Positions 1 to 11,929 are shown, counted from the stretch's first letter. The stretch is DNA of 64,000 bases from Cyanophora paradoxa CCMP329 (GCA_004431415.1 QPMI01000071.1:62001-126000), one strand, 5' to 3'. The notes: generated from the letters alone by a model not told the origin. Made by a program: numbers and translations.

Positions 1-1912
1 CGCCCCCTCCGCCTCCTCGCATGCCCCGGCGGCGCTGTCCCCGTGGATGGCCCGAGCGGCCACCGCCGCCCCCCGCTCCCCGGCTGTCCTCTCTGCCCTC
101 GCTACCTTTACCCCCTCCGGCGCACTCGCTGCCTCGGACGGCTCGGCCTTGACTCCGCAAGTCCGCCTCCAGCCGCCCTCGCTGCCTTTACCCGCTTCGG
201 CGCCTCTCTGGCGCGGGGCACGCCCCTTCCGAGCCCGCAGCTGGGCCTGTCGCCCCGCCCGCCGCCGCCTCCTCCTCCCGTCCCCTCCCCGCCCCCCCCC
301 CCCCCCCCCCCCCCCCCACCCTCCCCCCGGCCCTTCCGCGCCCGGAGCTGGGCTGCCGCCCCGCCCGCCTCTTTCTCCTTCGCCTCCTCCTTCCCCCACA
401 TCCCTCGCCCCGCCCCTGCCCTTGACCCTGTCCGGTGCGCCCCGATCCTTCTCGTACCCCTTCTCGGTCCTTCTCGGTCTGACTTGGGCTCGGTCCCGCA
501 GCGCGCGAGGGCCGCGGATCGGATCAAGGGGTCGCCTCGGCAGTACGCGGCCGCCCCGGCCCCACCTCCGGCGCCCCTCCGACCGCTTCCGCTCCCTTCG
601 CCCCTCCGGCGCCGCCCAAGCGGGGGGGGGGGGGGGGGGGGGGGGGGGGCGGCGCCGGGCTCCCCCCCCCCCTTTCGTCTTCTCCGCGCCCAATGCGCCC
701 GCGGGGGCCTCGCCGCCATTCCCCCGCCAAGCCTCTGCGCGGCCGCTCTCGCTCTTGAGACGCCACCCGCCGCGGCCTCCTCCCTCCTCCCGAACCCGCA
801 GGCGACCCGGGCCGCTCCCTCGCCCCCCGCGGCGCCGCTGTTCCCGTGGAGTGGACGCCGCAGCGCGGCGCGGCGGGCCTCGGGGCCTCCGGTCTCGGCC
901 CCGTCCGGCGCCGTGTCACCCCTCGGGGGTGCCACCCCGCGCCGTCCCCGCCGGCGGCCTCGGGCCTCCGGGCTCGGCCCGGCGGCCGCCCACGCTCGAG
1001 GCCGCGGCCGCGGCGCCGCTCGCTACGCGTCTCTACGCTCCTCGCGACCGCCGCCCCTCGCCGTCCCCGCCGGCGGCCTCGGGCCTCGGGCTCGGCCCGT
1101 CCGGTCGTCCCTCGGCCGCGGCCGCGGCCTCTCGACGCCCTCTCGACGCCGCGGCCGCGGCGCCGCTCGCTACGCCTCTCTACGCTCCTCGCGGCTGCCG
1201 CCTGCTCGCGGCCGCTGCCCCGCGCCGTCCGCGCCAGCGCCCGCCACTCCCCCCCCTCCGAGGCTCCGCCCCGGGCCATGCCCGCCCCCCTCCGGCCCAT
1301 CATCTTGGCCCGCAGTAGCCGGTGCGCATCGCCCCTTCCCCTGCTTCAAAGCCGACCTGAAGTATGCCCCCGGCCCGGCCCCGCAGCGCAGCGCCGGCGG
1401 GCTGGAGGGGACGGCCGGCCGCCTCGGGAGCCGCGGGTACGAGAGGCGGGGAAGCTCAGCGGCTTGAGGGGAGCGCGTGGGGCCGCGCCCCGGGCCCGCC
1501 CTTCGGTCGCCGCGGCCCGCGCCACGCCCAGCCCCACCTACCTTTCCCCGGGCGCCCGCTCGCCCCCGCCCCCGCCACCACACGCTGGCGGGGCCGAGGC
1601 CCTGGAGGCTGCGGCAGCTACGGTCCGCCCTGCATCCGGCTCGCATGCCCGCACGCCCCTTTTCCTCCGGCCGCCGGGCCCTTAGGCTTCCAGATCCGTA
1701 ATTCACCCCCCGTTTGCTCTCTGATTCTTCCCAGCCGGCCTTCAATGTCACAGAATCCGAACAAAGAGAATGCATTAAAATTCGACATAGCACAGACAGC
1801 TAGAACTGGACATGCACATGCGGACCCCGCCACCCTGCCGCTGCCCCTGCCCTACGTATACATAATGCCCGGCCCCGCCCCTCACTCCCAACCGAAGAGA
1901 AAAAGTAACGTT

Positions 1913-2060
1913 CCAGCGCGGGACCTCAGACACCGGTTCCGACCCGGGCAATATCGACAGAGGTGAGGGTCGCGGGAGGGTTCGTCCACACGAGGTGGTT
2001 CCCGCGTTGCCCCCCTCTCGGATGAGGGCTGCCTTTCATCGATCATCGGAACCGCGCTGG
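1913..2060 (-). ncRNA. Box C/D snoRNA-like RNA, copy 1 of 3
   Basis: Minus strand reads ccagcgcggttcc-gATGATCGATGA...gtCTGA-ggtcccgcgctgg: a C-like box, a D box (CTGA) and a complementary terminal stem. The ~125-nt core is near-identical to copies 2 and 3. Confidence 0.6.
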
Positions 2061-2163
2061 ATAGAAAACGCGAAGGAAGGAGCTAAGAGCGATCTTGTCA
2101 TCGGTTTAAGAGTCTTAGGGGTGGGTTATAGAGAAGAAGGAAAGAAATTAAGAAAGCGAGCGA

Positions 2164-2298
2164 CATTCCTCAGACGCCGGTTCCGACCCGGGCATTATCA
2201 ACAGAGGTGAGGGTCGCGGGAGGGTTCGTCCACACGAGGTGGTTCCCGCGTTGCCCCCCTCTCGGATGAGGGCTGCCTTTTCATCGATCATCGGAATG
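2164..2298 (-). ncRNA. Box C/D snoRNA-like RNA, copy 2 of 3 (probably intronic)
   Basis: Same core with a different terminal stem (cattcc...ggaatg). On the minus strand it lies just after a GTGCGC donor-like site and is followed by a pyrimidine tract. Confidence 0.6.
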
Positions 2299-2399
2299 GC
2301 GCACCCGAAACAGAAAAGCGGGGGCCCGAGCTAGAGCGGAAGATAGCGGAGTCCCCGACACTAAAAGGGCCAGCCGAAAGCTCTAGCTAACGAAAGGAA

Positions 2400-2546
2400 G
2401 AGCGCGGGACCTCAGACACCGGTTCCGACCCGGGCAATATCGACAGAGGTGAGGGTCGCGGGAGGGTTCGTCCACACGAGGTGGTTCCCGCGTTGCCCCC
2501 CTCTCGGATGAGGGCTGCCTTTCATCGATCATCGGAACCCGCGCTC
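2400..2546 (-). ncRNA. Box C/D snoRNA-like RNA, copy 3 of 3
   Basis: Same core; terminal stem gagcgcgggttcc...ggtcccgcgctc, followed by a pyrimidine tract and AG (ctcttcctttcgttagctag). Confidence 0.6.
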
Positions 2547-2798
2547 GGAAAGCGAAAGCCGCCCCAAAGAACCCAAAAGGCCCGGCCCGAAGCTGGTGCT
2601 CCCGCGATCGGCCGCCCGCCGGGATGGATGGCTGCGGCGGGGCTGGGCTAGCCGGCATCTAAAGCCCCTATGGCTGCACGCGTGCTGAGGCGGCTCCGGT
2701 TGCGGCTGGCTGGTCGCATCGAGCGAGGACCCCGTCGGCTCATTGGACAAAACGCGCTAGCGTACACTGCGCCCTAGAGCGCTGCCGCATCGCAACGT

Positions 2799-3083
2799 TT
2801 ACTTGGTGGCCTTCTTGTTGCCCTTCTTGGCGAAGCGCTGGTTGCGCAGGAACTTCGGGTCCATCTGCAGGCGGGGCCCGAAGGCGATCGCGTCAGCCGC
2901 GGGCCGCAGATCGCACGAAAGAGCATTTGAAGCCATAGGAGACTCGATTTCGCCCTAGCGGCATCGTCGCACACGGCGCACCCCCTTGGTGGACGAGAAG
3001 CGGTGCTGCTTCGGCTTCTTGATGCCGTTGCGGTGGTCCTTGTGACCCTGGTTGTGATTCGTGTGGTTCTTCGACTTCGCCAT
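2799..3083 (-). CDS. RPL29: 60S ribosomal protein L29 (eL29), 2 coding exons (3083-2982, 2864-2799), 55 aa
   Basis: Spliced translation [34 protein letters not shown]|[21 protein letters not shown] has the eL29 signature. GT-AG intron 2981-2865. Confidence 0.97.
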
Positions 3084-3513
3084 CTGCGCACAGGTCGTCG
3101 GCGGCCGGCGCCCGGGCGCGGCGCGATCAGCAGCACCTCGGGGTCTCTGTACCCTTCCCGTGAGTCCGGCGCTGTACCCTCACAGTACTCATACCCCAGT
3201 TCCGCATGAAGCCGCTCAGGCTCCGCTGAGGCATGCGAGGGCAGCGAGGCGTGCGAGTTGCTCTGGCAATCTGGCTCTCGGGCGCCGCTACCAAGCAGCG
3301 CACGCGCTCGACCTCGTCGCAGCCGCCCGCCGCGCGGCCGCGCCGCGTCCCGCGATCAACCGAGCTCTAGCTGTTGGCAGCTCTAGCGCATCCAACGTCG
3401 TTCCTCCGCCCGCTAGCTTAGCGGCACTCGGCCGCCTCCTCCCGCCGCTTGCCTCCGAGCGCAGACCAAGCAACAGGGCCAGCAGCAGCCGCGCGGAACC
3501 GTTAGCCGATTAC

Positions 3514-5792
3514 ATGGCGACTGGAGCCGTCATCGATGGCGGGGAGGCGCAGCTCTTCTCCGAGAGCAGCACGAGGCCGCTGGCGTACGTTTCCCGTATT
3601 TTAGACCTGCAGCCGATCCCCGGCGCCGACGCGATCGAGGTCGCCACCATCCTCGGATGGAAGGCGCGTACCTGCGCTCCTCCGCGATCCTCCGCCTCGC
3701 CGCCTGCCGCCAACTCCGCAGCAGGTCGTCGTGAAGAAGGGGCGGTACAGCGTCGGAGACCCCTGCATCGTGCGCGCCGCCCGGCCCGCCCTCCCGCCGA
3801 GCGCTGAGATTCTCTTTTCCCAACAGTACGCCGAGATTGACTCGATCTTGCCCCCGTGGCCGACTTTCACTGCCGACGGGCTGGAGCGGGCCAAGTACCG
3901 GATCAAGACAATCAAGGCACGCCCTCGCGCATATGCTGCAGACTGGACGCCTCCGATCTTCTAAGTTTTGTTCTCGCGCAGCTCAGGGGCCAGATTTCGC
4001 AGGCGCGTCCCCCCGCCTCCCGCTGGAAGCGCCGCAGCCGTTGACTTTCAAATTCGAATTCGAATCCGCAGGGATACTGTGTCCCCATCCAGGCTCTGGA
4101 GGACCACCCGGGGCGCCGCCTGCGGGTAGAGGCGCGGGCGGCGGAGGGCGCCGACCCCGCCGCGATCGTCGAGGGGACCGGGGAGCGAATCGAGCTGACC
4201 CAGGCGAGCCGTACCCCTTCCTTCGTTCAGCCTTCCCTCCCGTCACCGGGGTACCGCAGGGTCGCGACGTCACGGAGCTCCTCTGCATCACCAAGTACGA
4301 GCCGGGTGAGTCCGGCGCGGGGCGGGAGGGGCCGCGGGCGGCCGACGGCCGGCGGCGGCTCCGATCGTGGCCGGCGTCAAGCTCATGGCGGGGGCTGTGC
4401 GGCGGGCCGGGGCCGGAGGGGCGGAATGGGCCGCTCGGAGCCTTCCCTAGCTAAGGCGAGCGGGTACGGGGCGGTGGCTGACACTGTACCCCCTCCCCCT
4501 CCTCCGCAGAGGCCGTCAGGATCCCCTGCACCGCATTCGGGCCGGACGGCGTCGTACCCTTCGCCGCCTTCCCCTCCTTCCTCCACAAGACCGACCAGGT
4601 GCCGCCGCCCCCCCCCCCCCCCCCCCCCCCCCTCCTCCCCCACAAACTCCCCCCAGCCCGTCTGAATGCTGTGCCCCAGACCCGGATTCAGAACATGCCC
4701 TGGCTCCCAACCGAGTACCCCGACGTCGAGTTCGAGTGCTCCGAGAAGGCGCGCCGGAACCTCTACCCGCCCTAACTCTTTCGTACTCCTGAACGCATCT
4801 CGCCGCGTACCCAGGTCGACGGCACCTCGATCACCATGTTCTGGCGCGACGGCGAGTTCGGGGTCTGTACCCGTAACTACAGGGTCAAGGACGAGATCCT
4901 CCGCGGTACCCGTACCCCTCTAGGACGCGATCACGTACCCCTAAAAGCGGCGGGGCGCGCAGAGGCGGAGGGGGCGGACCTGGCCGCGCTTTCGGGGCAG
5001 CGGTTCCAGACGCACGTCGCCGCGACTCACGTCGCCGCCCGCGCGGCGATGCGGGGCCGCCTCGGCGCCCTCAAGCGGAACATCGCGCTCCAGGCACGCT
5101 GCGTACCCCCCTTCCCGAGGCCCTCCCGTCGCGGCTAACGCCGTACCGCCGCAGGGCGAGCTGCTGGGCCCCGGCATCGCCAAGAACCCGTACAAGTTCA
5201 GCGAGACGCGCTGGCTCATCTTCGACGCGGTGAGTCGCGTACCCCCCTTGAACGTGCCTCCACCCACCCCGTTCTTACGCATGTACCCCCCTTCCCTCAG
5301 TGGCTCATCGACGAGGCGCGGTACGCGACGGCGGGGGAGAGGGGGGAGATCCTGGCGTCCCTGGGGGTACGCGATGCAGTGAAGGAGGGGAAGGGGGACC
5401 TCGTCGCCGCCGTACCCGTCATCTCCGCCAACTCCACCCTCGCCGGTACCCCCCCGGCGTCCCCTCTCGTCCCGTACCCCCATCAAAGCGGCGCCGTACC
5501 CCAGGCCGGACCGTGGAGGGCATCCTGGAGGAGGCGGAGGGCAAGTCCGCTCTCTGCGCCTCGGCGATCCGCGAGGGGGTACGCCTCTGCGCCAGCGTCC
5601 TTCCAATCCGGAGCTCGCGCTCACCATGCCCCGCAGTTCGTCTTCAAGAGCCGCCAGCTCATCAACGGCAAGGTCATCAGGTGCGGTTCCCCTTTCTCCC
5701 CGTACCCCCGTCGCGCTTCGCCCGGGCCGATCGTACCTCTGGGGCGCAGCTTTAAGGCAATCAGCAGAGCCTTTGAGCTCGCCAAGGGATGA
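3514..5792 (+). CDS. ATP-dependent RNA ligase, DRB0094/Rnl5-like (N-terminal OB domain + nucleotidyltransferase), multi-exon
   Basis: Exons give LAYVSRILDLQPIPGADAIEVATILGWK|VVVKKG, YAEIDSILP, RIKTIK|LRGQISQ|G, DVTELLCITKYEP, FPSFLHKTDQ, RIQN, motif I SEK|VDGTS, CTRN, motif III LQ|GELLGPGI, motif IV REG and motif V SFKAIS. Confidence 0.88.
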
Positions 5793-6200
5793 CCGGCCGG
5801 CCGCGCGCGGCCCGCGGCCGCACCGCGACTCGGCGAGCAAGCTTCAGGCCCGGCCGGGCAGAAGGGCCTCGGGGTTAGGGGGTCCTCGCTTCCGTCCTTC
5901 CGCCCTAGGCCTCAACCTAAAATCTAGGACGCACCACAGGGAGACATTGACCTACATGATTCAATGATTTCGTTTCAATAGATGCAGGGCTGATCGTCGC
6001 CGACGATCGACTCACGCCGCTATATTCTTGATCGATATCTAGTAGAGATCTAGACAAGCGTTTTTGTGATGCTCTTAGTGAGATTCAATGTTCCAGAAAG
6101 CAGGTCTGAAGCGCGCGCATGCGCACAGCATGCAGGAGGCGACAGGCCCCTCTCCGCCCCGCCCCGAAGCATTGCAGCATCGCACGCACGGATTCGTACG

Positions 6201-7912
6201 TTAAGGAGGGGACAGTGGGGACAGAGGGGCATTTGTACAGATAGCTAGCCTGGGCCTGGTGCCACTCATGCTGTAAGGATACGCAGACGCAGCGGGGCTG
6301 CTGCTGAGGAGGTCCCGCCTGGAAAAAGGGCGACGCGGACCTGCGCGGGGCGGCGGGTCGGGCCCGAGTCGGGCGGCGCCGCGAGAGGAGGGAAGGGAAG
6401 GGAGGAGAAGGAAGCGCGCGGACCTGGGCGGACGTGCGAGTAGACTTACGAGCTGCGGACGTCGGGGAACTGGGACTTGTCGAGGTCGTTGAAGTAGGGG
6501 TGCTCCAGCGCGGCCTTCGCGGAGATACGCTTCGCCGGCTCGTACACGAGCATCTTCTGCTCGCGCGGGGATCGGCGCCGGCGGGTGGAGCGCGGAGGGC
6601 GGGCGGGGCGGGGGCGGACGCACGCTCAGGAGGTCGAGGCCGGCCGCGTCGAGCTGCGGCACGGCCTTCGCGAGCGACTGCACGGGCCAGTTCGGGAACG
6701 TGTTCTTGTAGTCCGGCAGCTGCGAGACGCCGGGCCAGACGTCCTCGTTCGGCGTGCCGAGCGTCCTGCGCGGCGGAAACGCGCGCCCGGTCAGCCAACG
6801 GGACCTGCAGATAGAAGCGGGCGCTCTGCGGCCGATGGAGAACGATTCTAACGATCGATGCTAAGTCGAGCGCCCTCGCCGAAAAGGTCGCAAAAGGTGC
6901 GCAGGCGCGGATCGGGCCAACGAACGCACCGGAAGATGCGGAAGAGCTCATCGATTTCGGAGTCGCCGGGGAAGAGCGGGTGACGCGTGACCATCTCGGC
7001 GAAGATGCAGCCGATCGACCAGATGTCGACGGGCGTGGAGTAGTGCCTGGAGCCGAGCAGGATCTCCGGCGCACGGTACCACAGAGTAACAACCTGTCGC
7101 GGCGCGGGGCGGGGCGCAAACGTGAGGGACGCTGCATACGCAAAGAACGCGCTGGAGCTGCTAGATTCCGTGGCGAGACGTCCCGGCAAGCCGGGCGGTT
7201 GCGGACTCGCCCGCGGCGGAGCTAGAGCGCCCAAAGCGCAAGTCGCCATGCCCGCGCAAACGCCTCGCTCACCTCGTGAGTGTAGGTGCGCACGGGGATG
7301 CCGAAAGCGCGGGCCAGCCCGAAGTCCGCGAGCTTCAGGGAGCCATTGCGGTCGATGAGCAGGTTCTGGGGCTTCAGATCCCGATGCAGGACGCGGTGGC
7401 AGTGGCAGAAGGCAATGCCGCGAAGGAGCTGATACAGATACGACTGCAGGGCGCGAGGATCGGTGGCCGCTTTAGGTGAAGGGCGGGGAAGCGTGGCGCG
7501 AAGGCGCCGCACCTTCACGAGGCTGGCGTGGAGGCCATTCGGGACGGAGTCCATGTACTTCTTGAGGTCTTGATCCAGATATTCGAACACCAGGTACAGC
7601 TTGTTGTCGCTGTGCACGACATCCTTCAACCTGCGGGGCGGCAATTCAAACGTTAGCCGCCGGCGTCCGAGACGGTGCTGGCCACGCTAGAAGGCATCAG
7701 AAGGGACAAAGAACGCGCCTGACGATGTTCATGTGGCGGAGTTCTTTGAGCAGCGAGATCTCACGGATGGCAGTGCTGGGCACACCTTCGTCCTCGGCCT
7801 CCAGCCGGATCTTCTTCAGAGCGATGATCTCTCCGGTGTTGCGGTCCTTCGCCTTGTAGACGACACCGTATGTGCCCTCGCCAATCTTTTCGATTTTCTG
7901 GTACTTGTCCAT
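6201..7912 (-). CDS. CDKA: Cyclin-dependent kinase CDK1/CDKA (PSTAIRE); stops at 6446 if the last intron is retained or at 6201 if it is spliced
   Basis: [67 protein letters not shown]|[30 protein letters not shown]. Confidence 0.96.
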
Positions 7913-8877
7913 CGTCCTGGCTGCTGCTACTAGGATACCTACAATATGCTGGCTGCTGTGCTGCTCCTTGGCTGGTGCTGGGCGCGCAGCCTTGCTCCCT
8001 GCGCGAGTGGACTTTGACCGTTGAGCTGTGCGACGGTACCCCAGACCGGGTCGCCCGGGGGGACTCGCCCCCCTCTGAAAGTCTCGAACTCTGCAGCTCG
8101 ATCTGGGACGCCTGGAGATCTCGCAAACGGCTGCTCGTGTCAGCAGTGCGGCGGGACGATGATCCGTCGCTGGCCAACTAGGATGGGCTGCGCTCAGCGC
8201 ACGCCTGCGATCGCAGCTCCAGCCTCCACGCTCAGCCGCCGCCGCCGCCTCGGTAGGGCAACACGCTCGCACTTGAAGCTCCTCTCGACGCCGCCCGCGA
8301 GTCGCAGCCGGGCCTGGCCGCCTAGCTCGATCGAACCTAGACAGCGACAGCACGCTTCATGATCGGATAGCCTGCAGCATGTGGCATCCATGATCAAGAC
8401 CCAACGCAGCTGTACTCCAGCACTAGCCGATCGCAGTCACTTTCCTGGGGCGCTAGCGAGGGCTACGGCAGATTCGGTCGCCGCCGCGACCGCCATTCGG
8501 CACGGTCCGCCGGGGCTGTCTTCGCCTGCTTTCAAAGCCCCAGTGGGTGCGAGAAAGATTTGAGAGGACCGGCAGCTTGCGCCAACACTCAGTATTGCGC
8601 AGGCCGCATGGAATGCCAGCTCGAGCCCTGCGGGCCTTGCATCGACGTCGTCGGCGCCCGCTCGGCCCGGCCTGCCTGCGGGCCCTAAGCTGAAATCTGC
8701 AACATCGTCCTGGTGTTCCCAAGCACAATCACGGCGGGGAAGCGCCTTCGAGAGCCCTCGGGGCGACGAGGCGCCCCCGCGCCTGTGCTGCGGCGTCGGC
8801 GCGCCCGCCCCGCTTCCCTCCCGGGTCCACGCCGGCCGTCCGGCGTCGCAGCCGCCCGGCCGTCGCCTGAGGGCGGC

Positions 8878-9625
8878 ATGACATTGTTGCGCGCGGTGGA
8901 GGACTGCGGTGCAATGCACCCGCCCGCTCCGCCCGTGCGAAAGATTGTTCTGATCATGATTCGCCCACGCGCTGTACAGCCCAAGTCGCTCGCGGCGCGG
9001 GCGCCCTCGACTCCGGTGGCCGCGGCTCCGGCCAGGTGCCTACCCGCCCGCCCGCCCGTCCGCCCGCACGGCAGCCACCGCTAGCGCTTATGATCGCGAT
9101 CGCCCGCTCGCCTCTTCGAAGTTCTCTTCTCACTCATGATCAGCTGCAGGCCTGGATTTCGCAAGGGCTGCAGCTGGTCAAGGATCTTCGGGCCGCCCCG
9201 CCCCGCCCCGCCCCGCCCCGCTTCCTCCCTCGGCTTGCTCGACCGTCGGTCCGGCGACGGCTCGAATTCATGTGGAGAATTTACAACAAGCAATGCGAGG
9301 CTCGGCCGCCGGGCTTAGGTCATGCAGCGGGCCGGGGCGGCGCCGCGGCGGCCGCGAGGAGGGCGGCGCAGGGCCGCCGGGCGGCGAATTCGAAGGGTGC
9401 GCGCGGAGGACTCCGAGGGGAGGGCGGAGCTCGAGGCGGGCGGGGCTGTGGGGAGCAACGTTCCCCGGTCAGGCGGCGCAAGCTTATATAATTAAGGCGG
9501 CAGCCGCGCCGCGAGGCGCCACGGTCGAGCCTCGGAGGCCGGAGGCCGGAGCGGCGGCGCCGGCGTCTCGCCGAGGCGAGGCGAGGCCCCAGTGCCGCGG
9601 CACTGCCGCCCCACCGTATTCGTAG
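8878..9625 (+). CDS. Possible small spliced gene of unknown function
   Basis: Exon-like pieces bounded by CAG/GT signals (e.g. LQAWISQGLQLVKDL, LEFMWRIYNKQCE). No family recognised and boundaries are uncertain. Confidence 0.2.
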
Positions 9626-9704
9626 AATTTCGTACCGGCGTATTACCGTATTAATTAAATTTATAGCTAGTACGCGGCACGGCCCCCCGGCCCCCCCCCC
9701 CCCC

Positions 9705-9735
<31 letters not shown>

Positions 9736-10173
9736 GCCGCCGCCGCCGGCGCCGCACGCCCGCGGCATGCGCACGGGCCGGCACGGCCCGCGGGCCGCGG
9801 GCCGCGGCACGGGCCCGGCGGCCGCAGTGCCGCCGCACGGGCCGGGCGGCACGGCCCGCACCGGCCCGCCGGGCCGCACGGCGAATTCACATGCACGCAT
9901 TTGTTTCCGGTGGGAATTTCCGAAGTTCGAATTCCCGAATTCGAATGCCACCGTCACACCGGGTACGTATTAGTACGTACTAATAGTAGTCTAGTACGGT
10001 ACTACGGACACGAAAAACACAGGTGTAGTACTTGGTATTTTTTCGTCAACTCCGATCGAGCTCTTACGAGCCAAGGGGTACACTACATCGTGCCACGGTG
10101 AACTCTTAGCCGCTCTGCTAGGGCAAGCTAGGCAATGCTAGGGCCGGGGACCGGGGCAGCTAGGCATTGCTAG

Positions 10174-10756
10174 CAGTGATGGCATTCTTTCTAGAAACAT
10201 TTTTTAATTTTATTCCAGGAATAATTCCTGGAATGATTCCTGGAATGGTGCTGGGAACGCCGTTCTTTCAGGAATTGTTCCGAATAAGGGGGGGTACTTG
10301 TTCGTGCGCGGGATTTTTCGCCAGAACGCAGCACACAGCGTCCAGCAGAGCGCGCCCGCATCGCAAATCGATGTCTAGTGAGAACGAAGGCTCAGCTGGC
10401 CCGCCGGAGCCGCCTCCGCAAGCGGTCTGCTGCCCGACGACGTCGACGACGTCGCGACCGTCGACGTCGACAGCTCGCCGAGTCGAGCAGAGTCACTAGT
10501 ACTAGTACTAGTACTGCTGCACCTTCGAATTCGAATGCTTGACAGTTCCGACAGTTCGGACAGTTCATACAGCTGCAGTAGTCTCGCAAAGCGGGGAGGG
10601 GCGGGCAGGGCGGGGCCGGGCCGGCGTGGGGTGCGGTACGCGTGTATGAGGGAAGGGTTTCTAGAAACAATAAAGAATTCGGAATCTTACTAGGAATATT
10701 CCAGGAATTATTCCCGGAATGGGCAGTTTTTCGGTTAATTCGGAATAACATCACTG
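10174..10756. mobile_element. Non-autonomous hAT-like DNA transposon
   Basis: Imperfect 14-bp TIRs CAGTGATGGCATTC / CAGTGATGTTATTC, perfect 8-bp TSD ATTGCTAG (10166-10173, 10757-10764), and subterminal TTCC(A/T)GGAAT repeats. Confidence 0.85.
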
Positions 10757-10828
10757 ATTGCTAGCCTAAGTTGCAGCCAATTTGCCTAGTAGTAGCCTCT
10801 ACTAGTAGCCTAGTAGGGTCCGGTAGTA

Positions 10829-11097
10829 CCGTAGAACACTTCAGTATTGCGCGCACTTATTAATGCGCCCCCTAATTAATGCGTTTTCCGCAGGCAAAAC
10901 GCATTAATTCGGGGGCGCATTAATATCGAAACGCTAACTTGTAAGAAAACTGCGGTATACGTATGTACCCCCCCTAACGCAGGCAGAAAGCTCCAAAACG
11001 CATTAATTTGGGGGCGCATTATTAATTAGCCTTACGAGGGGTCGATCCGGGTCCAAAAACGCATTAATATCGGGCGCATTAATTAAGTGTTTTACGG
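10829..11097. mobile_element. MITE, Tc1/mariner-pogo/Tc2-like
   Basis: TIRs CCGTAGAACACTT / AAGTGTTTTACGG with TA on both sides; internal repeated and inverted (G)CGCATTAAT motifs. Confidence 0.8.
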
Positions 11098-11929
11098 TAC
11101 TCCTAGTCTCCCAGACTCGGAGTCCCAGAGTCCGATCCACTGGGATCCCGGAGTCGAGGCTAGCCTACTAGTAGTAGTGCTCCGTATATACCGTTACTAC
11201 CGTACCGGTAGACGGCGGTAGCCTACTAGAGGACTGCCTAGTAGTACTCCCGGCCCAGAGTCACTGAGTCACAGTGTCACTGAGTCACAGTGAGTCCCAG
11301 CGCCCACCACAGCTGCAGTCGGCGTCCCTCGAGCTCTAAAATTTCCGTACTGCGGACCAGTCTACGCCGACTCTACGGTACGTATACGCGCAATTTACGT
11401 CAACTTGGCAAGGCGTGCCGCGCCGCCGCGCATTCGAATTCGGCCGGGCGACCGTACGCGTCGGACGCGCCGTAGGCTACCCTAGTTGTATTACGGTATT
11501 CCGTTGTACTAACCAGCCTGGCATGCGCAGTCGCAGATCTATAGCCCAAGAGCAACATGCCTTGCTTTACGGTGCGATCGTCGACCTTGCATCGGCAGTA
11601 ATCCTGCCGCATGTCCAGCGCGCTGTATATATATCAGTGCTCTGATCATCCGATGTTTCGATTTCGCGCCGTAGACGGACAATTGCACGACCGGCTACCT
11701 TCCTTCGGTCGGCAGCAAAGCCTCGTGCGTGCAACGTTACTAAAGTTAACGCTGAACGTGGGCGTGCTCAACGTTATAATTAACGCCCGGCCCAACTGTC
11801 GGACGCCGACGTCGACTCGGCGGCCGCGCGAGAAGCGCGCTGCCAGGCTGGTTGACAGTCACATGCGCATGCCCAGCATTAATATTAATGGTTGCATTAA
11901 TTAACTTTGCTCGTAAGCGTTGTGCCCGG

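Noticed and set aside
43-1685. Long overlapping Pro/Arg/Ala-rich ORFs on both strands
   Set aside because: All frames are open because of extreme GC content and homopolymer runs; no recognisable domain.
1913-2546. CRISPR-like repeat-spacer array or hammerhead ribozymes
   Set aside because: Repeats (~125 bp) and spacers (~100 bp) are too long, there are no cas genes and the context is eukaryotic. The hammerhead core CTGANGA...GAAA is not present in a proper arrangement.
7913-8353. N-terminal extension of the CDK
   Set aside because: Non-ATG start; the canonical MDKYQK start at 7912 fits the family.
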